A stretch of DNA of 35,819 nucleotides from Candidatus Kerfeldbacteria bacterium (GTDB lineage: Bacteria > Patescibacteriota > Patescibacteriia > UBA10025 > JAHIVO01): positions 1 through 35,819 of the forward strand of contig JACROE010000002.1 in NCBI GenBank assembly GCA_016214565.1. Direction: 5' to 3'. The number at the start of each line of letters is the position of its first letter. The first letter of the stretch is position 1. The position numbers and the translations under genes were made by a program. Under the pieces are notes generated by a model. That model was given only the letters and a program-made list of their open reading frames with translations, was not told the origin of the DNA and ran no database searches. Positions 8,200 through 13,653 of this stretch are shown in pieces.

Positions 8200-8604
8200 T
8201 TAGTGAGTGTAGAAGTAGAAGTATGTTATTGGTACTCCTACGCCCCATCCGATGAGGAATGTGGCGATTGTTTGAAACACCTTTTTTTCAGATGCTGCGT
8301 TGATAGGAACCACAGTTCCTGTATACACACTGAGTACCATACCGACCAGCCAAAACGGAACCGGCATCAGATGAGTGCCAATATCGCGGATGTAGTATTT
8401 CATAAATCCACTGGTTGGCCACTGATGATCAATCGCCGGCAACGGTACTACGAGATAGATCCCCCAAAAAAGAAAAAACCCAATAGTCCACGCCCAGGCT
8501 GTCTGCTTCTTTCCGCTATGCCACTTGACGATGAACCAGTACACGGTACAGATACTGGTAACAAGTATTGCGGACGTTACAATCCGCAAAGGTTCATAAG
8601 ACAT
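8200..8604 (-). CDS. Small 4-TM membrane protein, function unknown
   Basis: The track ORF 8200..8637 starts at a GTG. I prefer the ATG at 8604 (MSYEPLRIV...), which is preceded by GAGGA-tggt. Four hydrophobic helices by eye. No motif I recognise, and it lacks CrcB and SMR signatures. Confidence 0.6.
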   Translation of the reverse strand: MSYEPLRIVTSAILVTSICTVYWFIVKWHSGKKQTAWAWTIGFFLFWGIYLVVPLPAIDHQWPTSGFMKYYIRDIGTHLMPVPFWLVGMVLSVYTGTVVPINAASEKKVFQTIATFLIGWGVGVPITYFYFYTH

Positions 8605-8649
8605 ACCATCCTCACTTTCTATTATTACAATGAACACGTTCTATCTAAC

Positions 8650-8786
8650 CACCGAAGTGGAGGCGAGCCGCCCGCCTTATGTCCGATAAATCGGACTGAC
8701 GGACAACGGCATATCCAGGCACATAACGCAGTGGGTACCGCGCAGCATATGCCAGGTGTATACCAGACTACCCCTCCATTTCGGTG
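8650..8786 (-). promoter_or_regulatory. Structured 137-nt leader element X (closing helix plus two internal hairpins) upstream of the 4-TM gene
   Basis: A 14-bp closing helix joins 8650-8663 (caccgaagtggagg) and 8773-8786 (cctccatttcggtg). Internal hairpins are gtccga-taaa-tcggac (8681-8696) and ggcatat ... atatgcc (8708-8753), the latter with a nested 6-bp hairpin. The element ends 45 nt before the ATG at 8604. The strand is assigned from gene context only. Confidence 0.35.
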
Positions 8787-8805
8787 ACTAGTTTGTAAAA
8801 AACTC

Positions 8806-8888
8806 CTTTCTTCAACAATCAACGGGTTACCCATTTATCGCTGGAGAAAGTAGGCCAGTAATAAATCCTAAGATTTACGACTGGCCTA
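8806..8888 (-). repeat. Two-hairpin module U1: conserved hairpin C1 (8806-8850) plus variable hairpin V1 (8851-8888)
   Basis: C1 (minus strand) reads ctttctccagcgataaatgggtaacccgttgattgttgaagaaag and is followed by agTTTTTTac. V1 pairs taggccagt with actggccta around an inner stem taaatc/gattta. Confidence 0.75.
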
Positions 8889-8907
8889 AGGACGGGCGGG
8901 CGGAGCG

Positions 8908-9057
8908 TCAATGAGGTTTGTTCGGCACCGTCTTTACGGTTCCATGCACATACTGGCTCCGACGAACCATGTCTCGTAGTTCCTGCTGCAACCGACGAGG
9001 GATGAGATCCCCCAGACGATGTGTGGATACTGACGACGGATGATTCCATCTTTTCAT
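8908..9057 (-). CDS. Possible 49-aa basic protein
   Basis: ATG at 9057 is preceded by GAGG-ttgcc. Translation: MKRWNHPSSVSTHRLGDLIPRRLQQELRDMVRRSQYVHGTVKTVPNKPH, ending in TGA at 8908-8910. The start lies 42 nt after hairpin C2, mirroring the 38-nt spacing between C3 and the 61-aa ORF. Too short for the track and I have no homology evidence; it could instead be non-coding. Confidence 0.3.
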   Translation of the reverse strand: MKRWNHPSSVSTHRLGDLIPRRLQQELRDMVRRSQYVHGTVKTVPNKPH

Positions 9058-9099
9058 GGCAACCTCAGTTGTTAAGGTTAGAGCACTTTAGTTAATTTC

Positions 9100-9182
9100 C
9101 TTTCTTCAGCAATCAACCAGATAACCGATTAATCGCTGGAGAAAGTGGATGATGGAAATACGAAGCGTATTTTTCATCATCC
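9100..9182 (-). repeat. Two-hairpin module U2: conserved hairpin C2 (9100-9145) plus variable hairpin V2 (9147-9182)
   Basis: C2 (minus strand) reads ctttctccagcgattaatcggttatctggttgattgctgaagaaag: 21 pairs, one C-A mismatch, four G-U pairs, loop UUAU. V2 pairs ggatgatg with catcatcc, with an inner stem aaatacg/cgtattt. Confidence 0.75.
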
Positions 9183-9233
9183 ATAAACTGACGATGCTTA
9201 ACTGCTGACATTGTGGCAGGTCTTGTTAACAAT

Positions 9234-9419
9234 TTACTTGCTAACTTTTATTACTTTGTACTCATAGAGTACTGCCAGCAGCATTACATTGAATAACATC
9301 AAACCGTTAATATCAAACGGCCTAGTTTGGCTAAAAAGCCAAGAGCCAATAAAATGAGCAATGACTTGCTCAAGTACAAATGCGGCTCCAATCAACAGAA
9401 CCTTAATGGACGTACTCAT
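9234..9419 (-). CDS. 61-aa two-helix membrane protein, function unknown
   Basis: A strong SD (AAGGAG-taagtc) precedes the ATG at 9419. Translation: MSTSIKVLLIGAAFVLEQVIAHFIGSWLFSQTRPFDINGLMLFNVMLLAVLYEYKVIKVSK, with two hydrophobic segments. Confidence 0.55.
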   Translation of the reverse strand: MSTSIKVLLIGAAFVLEQVIAHFIGSWLFSQTRPFDINGLMLFNVMLLAVLYEYKVIKVSK

Positions 9420-9457
9420 GACTTACTCCTTACTTAAAGTCAAAGATCATTCAGTTT

Positions 9458-9543
9458 CCCTCCTTCAGCAATTAATGAGATAACCCATTAACCGCTGAAG
9501 GAGGGAGGGCACGTAATTCATCAAAAGATGCGTTAGGTGCCCT
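9458..9543 (-). repeat. Two-hairpin module U3: conserved hairpin C3 (9458-9505) plus variable hairpin V3 (9506-9543)
   Basis: C3 (minus strand) reads ccctccttcagcggttaatgggttatctcattaattgctgaaggaggg: 22 pairs, no mismatch, three G-U pairs, loop UUAU. V3 pairs agggcac with gtgccct, with an inner stem catc-tttt-gatg. Confidence 0.8.
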
Positions 9544-9575
9544 AGGGCGGATGATAGAAGATAAGGGATGTGCAA

Positions 9576-9730
9576 TTTGTGTGTAGGGAGAAGGATTCGA
9601 GAGGCGCGCCTTTGGTCACCGAGGTGACCGACGCACCGAATGCCAGAGGTAGTTATGTTCCAGTCGAAACCGGATCACGACTATCTCATGGTGGCACCCA
9701 TTACTCGTCCTCCTTTTCCCTACGAACAAA
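9576..9730. ncRNA. Candidate structured RNA or inverted-repeat element Y (155 nt)
   Basis: 9576-9601 (tttgtgtgtagggagaaggattcgag) pairs with 9704-9730 (ctcgtcctccttttccctacgaacaaa). That gives about 23 bp with small internal loops. The one wobble (g9590:t9716) is a pair only on the plus strand. The interior contains ggtcac-cgag-gtgacc (9613-9628). No ORF respects the element's boundaries. Confidence 0.3.
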
Positions 9731-9832
9731 CTGTTGAAGCATCGCGAGCATCGACTTTATGTCGGGCAAGCGATACTGCAGCTTTGCGGAAAGCATTGAA
9801 AACTACTTTCTTAAAGGAGTTTTTAAGTTTAC

Positions 9833-9872
9833 AAAAAACGTCTTTCCGTGATTTGAGGGAGAGACGTTTTTT
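9833..9872. terminator. Bidirectional rho-independent terminator
   Basis: Reads AAAAAAcgtctttcc-gtgatttga-gggagagacgTTTTTT: a 9-10 bp stem with an A-tract before it and a T-tract after it. Confidence 0.65.
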
Positions 9873-10141
9873 GCTTGAGTTATTGGTTGTTATAACCAAC
9901 GTGAACGCAATACTACGATAGTACGCTATTCATGGCTTGTACCAAACGCATTTCCACCGGCGTTTGCGGTGACTCTCTCCTCAAAGAGTTTATTGATAAT
10001 GTAAAAGAATCAATAGCGTAACAGAAGAGTATATCGCGAAGGCTGTACACCGTCAAGGGTTGGCTGGGGATATTAGAAATGCTTTTTTTCGATCATTAGC
10101 CAAAAAGTTATCCACAATGAATTATTCATGGCTAATATTAG

Positions 10142-10169
10142 ATAAAACAAAAAGGCCCTCAATAGGCCT
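10142..10169 (-). terminator. Probable terminator after the DUF4012 gene
   Basis: Minus strand reads aggcc-tattgag-ggcct followed by TTTTTgTTTTatc. The stem is 16 nt after the stop codon at 10186-10188 and is only 5 bp long. Confidence 0.45.
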
Positions 10170-10185
10170 CAAACTAGCTATCGTT

Positions 10186-12507
10186 CTAGCCCTCGATGAG
10201 CGTCCTAATAACTCGGTCGCCAAGCAAATCTTCTCTCCAGGTGGCGGTATGGGTATCGGTATCCACGTCTCCAGAAGTCCAGCGAATATCCAAGTCGGGA
10301 TTAGTCGTCACCCGGCTAATCACACCGGAAACTGGCGCGCCTGGCTGCTGCTGTAGATACAATGAATAGACATCAGTCGGATTCCACCAACCGCTGAAAT
10401 CTAAGCGCCCGGGAAGTCGATAGGTAATGGTCATCGTTTGAGACTCTCCTGGATCAATACTCATCCAATTTCCAAAAACTGTTTTGCCAAATTCATTCGT
10501 AATGCGTGTATTTGTTTGTTCGTTAATAATTGAATCAGTTTCAATCGTCGCAAGGTCCGCATCCTCCTTCGCATCAGTATCGGGTAACTTGAAACGCGAG
10601 CTAACCATCTCATCAAATCCCTCGGCGGTTAAGAATTCGCTCCCCTGCGGTACATATAATCGCACATAGGACACGTTTGCCTGCCCGGCAAATTTATCAA
10701 ACGGGCTACCGGTATGACTACGCGTGATGCGCACCGTATCGATTACTGAACCGTCAGATTCGATTGTTGCGGTATGCTCGATCAGCTGGTCAATGACTTG
10801 ATCGGTCTTTCCCCCGCCGATATTAGTATTGACCACCGCCAAATAATCACCATCGGGTTGTGCCAGTGCGCCATCCCAGCCTTGTTCATGAATTGCCGCC
10901 TGCGCATCAGCGTCAGTGAAATACACGAGCATATTGCGATCCTGCAATGAATTGAGCATGACTTCAACAACAGATAATAGCTGCGCTGGCTCCGCATTAA
11001 ATACTTTATTCATCAATAGCGGCATCATGTCTCCAATAAATCGTTTCGGCTGATTTTCTTCGCGATCATAGGTCACTTCTGCCCAGACCTGCGCCTCACG
11101 CACAAAATTACTGGCATCAACCGTCACGCCATATCGCTCCTGCATATCCAGTGGTCCAGTGATTTCCAAGAGCCGCTCAATGACCGTAGGAGTGAGTGTC
11201 AGGACTCCGTCAACAGAGGTGCCACCGGTACGCTCAAAAAACCACATGGTTTTCTTCGCTGAGGTGGGAAAATCAGGAAACCAATTACTATCTTGTATAT
11301 TCCAGTGTGGATTTACGATCCAGAGTGGCTTCGGGGAAATCAATTTGTCCTTGAGCTGGCCGGCAATGTCATAAATACCGCCACCAGGTACCGCAATTTC
11401 CTGTACTGCACCGCGATACATATCAACCAGAGCGATTGAACCCATGAATCCACCGGTGGGACGAAGTTCGCGATTATTTTGGAACACTAATAAATATCGA
11501 CGAGGTGCGTCATGACCCAAAATATATAGTAACACATCGGACAATTCAGACGCATCACGAAGCCGCTGGTTGAGCTGTGGTGCACTCTCCTGCAGCGCCT
11601 GAATCGGAGCTCGGTACTCCTCGGGCAAATCATTAATCCGAACATTTGCCAGTGCTGCTGTCCCCGCTTCAATTTCTCCAATAATTGGATCAAGCTGGCC
11701 ACTGGCGATTGCTAAATACGACGTCAGTGTAGAATCATCAGAAACCCCAGCGGTGCCTGGTGTTTGCGCTTGAAGCAGGCTTATTAATTCGGTGATCTGT
11801 GCCCCGGCTTGACTCAGATGGGTGCCTGCTTCCAGTAGCGCTGAAGCGCTCTTCACTTTTCCTGGCAATGCAGTCGCAATGCTGGTAACAACGCCCCCCG
11901 CAGCATCTAGTTCGGTTGAAGCAGCGGAAAATTCTGTCGCGGCATTGCGGAAACGCTCAGCGGCTGAAATAAAATCCGTGTCTGTTACTGCTCCACCGGC
12001 AGCTTGCAGTTCATCATAGGCATTTGAAGAAATACCAAGTACCGTACCCTCCGCCCGCACTGCACGCTGGTAGACGGTGAAACCTATAATCGGCAAAATA
12101 ATAACGAGGCACATGGTAGCAAAACCAACCAGTCGTTTTGGCCACCCGGCAGGCAACGTAAAATGCATTAAACGGACTTGATTCGATGTTGTTGTAACGG
12201 TCGGCACAGGTGCCTTTGGCTGTGCTATCGGCTGTGACAATGACGCATGAGGATACCGTGAAACGATCACCGATTCCCGAGTCTGTCGCCCCTCTTCAAT
12301 TACCCGCTTCGTTCGTCGTGCGGTCCACCACGTTGTCGCACGCTCGATCAGCTGTTTCCAGCGTGATTCGCGGGGCTGATCAATATGCTGCAATTCCTGC
12401 TTGCGCATCGCACGCAAGTCAATTACATTCTCTCGCGGCACTCCGGTAAAACCGGATCGTGGTCGAATAGGCATAGATTGTGGCTGATGTTGGCGAACGC
12501 GTGGCAT
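10186..12507 (-). CDS. DUF4012-type large membrane-anchored extracytoplasmic protein
   Basis: 773 aa. It has a long basic N-terminal tail and a single TM (LVGFATMCLVIILPIIGFTVY). Core block: RYLLVFQNNRELRPTGGFMGSIALVDM, which I recall as typical of DUF4012 proteins found beside polysaccharide loci. AGGA SD upstream. Confidence 0.6.
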   Translation of the reverse strand: MPRVRQHQPQSMPIRPRSGFTGVPRENVIDLRAMRKQELQHIDQPRESRWKQLIERATTWWTARRTKRVIEEGRQTRESVIVSRYPHASLSQPIAQPKAPVPTVTTTSNQVRLMHFTLPAGWPKRLVGFATMCLVIILPIIGFTVYQRAVRAEGTVLGISSNAYDELQAAGGAVTDTDFISAAERFRNAATEFSAASTELDAAGGVVTSIATALPGKVKSASALLEAGTHLSQAGAQITELISLLQAQTPGTAGVSDDSTLTSYLAIASGQLDPIIGEIEAGTAALANVRINDLPEEYRAPIQALQESAPQLNQRLRDASELSDVLLYILGHDAPRRYLLVFQNNRELRPTGGFMGSIALVDMYRGAVQEIAVPGGGIYDIAGQLKDKLISPKPLWIVNPHWNIQDSNWFPDFPTSAKKTMWFFERTGGTSVDGVLTLTPTVIERLLEITGPLDMQERYGVTVDASNFVREAQVWAEVTYDREENQPKRFIGDMMPLLMNKVFNAEPAQLLSVVEVMLNSLQDRNMLVYFTDADAQAAIHEQGWDGALAQPDGDYLAVVNTNIGGGKTDQVIDQLIEHTATIESDGSVIDTVRITRSHTGSPFDKFAGQANVSYVRLYVPQGSEFLTAEGFDEMVSSRFKLPDTDAKEDADLATIETDSIINEQTNTRITNEFGKTVFGNWMSIDPGESQTMTITYRLPGRLDFSGWWNPTDVYSLYLQQQPGAPVSGVISRVTTNPDLDIRWTSGDVDTDTHTATWREDLLGDRVIRTLIEG

Positions 12508-12534
12508 AATTTCCTAGAATATTACTCTATAGTA

Positions 12535-13653
12535 TCACGCTGCTTCATACAAGTCACGCGTTCGTTCGGCCATTATGTCCCAGCTAAATTGCCGAATCCG
12601 CTTATAACCCCGCTCGCGCATATCTGCAGCTACGTGGGCATTATCAAGTAAGACGGATACTTGCCGAGCAATATCTTCATGATTATGCGGATCAAAATAT
12701 AATGCCGCATCACCTAATATCTCCGGCAAGCAAGAATTGTCGCTGGCGGCCACCGGCACACCAAACGCGCACGCCTCCAATCCCGGCAAACCGAATCCTT
12801 CGCAAAAAGAAGGGAAAACGTATGCGGCAGCATGGCGATATAATGATGGCAGTTCTCCATCAGGCACATACCCCGTGAAACGTACGGCGTGCGCAATACC
12901 GCTGGCCTCAACAATTTTTTGTAAACGTTTCACAAAATAATCCTGTCTACCAACCAAAACTAGTTGAACGTTCGGATGGGTCTGGCGCAGCTGAATAAAT
13001 GCTTCAATAAGACCTTCGCTATTTTTGTGCGGATAAACATTTCCAACGTACAAAATATATGGCTGCTTGATTGAATACTGTTCGAGAACGTTCAGGTCGC
13101 TGGCTGCCTCTTGCATGGGAGTATCTACCGCTTCATACGTTACGCTAATATGCTGAGGGTCAACGCCAAAATGGTGCACAATTTCTTGTTTAGTATATTT
13201 CGACACTGCAATAATACGACGCGCCTGACGCACAGCTCGGCGAATAATGATATGGTATGCCCAGTGCTTTATTCGATATAGGAGCGGCCCCAGTGTTGTG
13301 GCGCGTTGTGTGGGGTACTTCGTTAAGATAAGATCGTGAATCGTAACTACAAACGGTCGCCGATATAATAAAGGAACATTAAAATGCGGAAAATGCATCA
13401 GGTCCAGCCGCGCACGCCACAGCACCCACGGTAACCATATTTGCTCAATGATGGTATACCAACGAAAATTAGCTAATCTTTTTTCAAACCGAGGATTGCG
13501 CGGAGTATATTCGTCCCAATTTTCTTTGCGCAAAAAAATTACATATTCATTATGATCATCGATCTTCTCAAGGTGAGTTACTAATTTTTCTGTATACCGA
13601 CCCAAACCCTTCGCGCCGGTGCCATAAAATCGAGCGTCAATCCCTATTTTCAT
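12535..13653 (-). CDS. Glycosyltransferase family 4 (GT-B, GT1 superfamily)
   Basis: I prefer the start MKIGIDARFYG at 13653, which makes an ATGA overlap with the upstream stop, over the track start at 13707. The C-terminal sugar-donor motif is present: AAAYVFPSFCEGFGLPGLEACAFGVPVAAS. Confidence 0.8.
   Translation of the reverse strand: MKIGIDARFYGTGAKGLGRYTEKLVTHLEKIDDHNEYVIFLRKENWDEYTPRNPRFEKRLANFRWYTIIEQIWLPWVLWRARLDLMHFPHFNVPLLYRRPFVVTIHDLILTKYPTQRATTLGPLLYRIKHWAYHIIIRRAVRQARRIIAVSKYTKQEIVHHFGVDPQHISVTYEAVDTPMQEAASDLNVLEQYSIKQPYILYVGNVYPHKNSEGLIEAFIQLRQTHPNVQLVLVGRQDYFVKRLQKIVEASGIAHAVRFTGYVPDGELPSLYRHAAAYVFPSFCEGFGLPGLEACAFGVPVAASDNSCLPEILGDAALYFDPHNHEDIARQVSVLLDNAHVAADMRERGYKRIRQFSWDIMAERTRDLYEAA

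Noticed and set aside
8650-8786. Known riboswitch classes for element X: TPP (cctggatatgcc resembles CTGGATAATGCCAGC), Mn2+ yybP-ykoY (GGGGTAGTC resembles GGGGAGTAG), and cobalamin (CCCACTG resembles the B12 box GCCACTG).
   Set aside because: Each resemblance is a single short motif without the partner motifs: no CTGAGA for TPP, no TTGACA/AGCAAGACC-type 3' half for Mn2+, and no cobalamin core. These were by-eye comparisons from memory, so a cmscan is still needed.
8668-8903. Long-range 9-bp GC pairing ccgcccgcc (8668-8676) with ggcgggcgg (8895-8903), as a pseudoknot or alternative structure linking element X to the end of the 49-codon ORF.
   Set aside because: By rough count, one exact 9-mer complement within a few hundred nt is close to chance expectation, and it is low-complexity GC sequence. 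I note it only as something a covariation analysis could revisit.
8182-9049. Track ORFs 8182..8787(+), 8625..8834(-) and 8819..9049(-) as protein genes.
   Set aside because: The first is antisense to the SD-led 4-TM gene and runs through element X. The other two read straight through the X, C1 and V1 hairpins, have no SD, and give low-complexity Ser/Gly/Pro-rich products.
8806-9543. CRISPR array, suggested by three repeats of a palindromic ~46-nt sequence.
   Set aside because: Spacing is irregular (294 and 358 nt, start to start) and far longer than spacers. The intervals contain SD-led ORFs. The repeats are diverged with compensatory changes rather than near-identical. No cas genes are present.
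8806-9543. Integron attC sites or a gene-cassette array (small promoterless ORFs separated by imperfect hairpins).
   Set aside because: Only C1 has a GTT at the position of the R' core (gttgaag); C2 and C3 read gctgaag. I found no RYYYAAC/GTTRRRY pair and no integrase. The G-U pattern points to RNA rather than the bottom-strand ssDNA logic of attC. It is not fully excluded.
9576-9921. tmRNA, suggested by GGATTCGAG at 9593-9601, which resembles the tmRNA 5' GGATTCGAC motif. Also the track ORF 9640..9921(+).
   Set aside because: There is no T-arm (GGTTCGAATCC-like), no 3' acceptor strand with CCA, and no plausible tag frame ending in a hydrophobic Ala-rich tail. The 5' and 3' ends form a helix of about 23 bp rather than a 7-bp acceptor stem. 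The 93-aa ORF crosses the closing helix of Y and a terminator.
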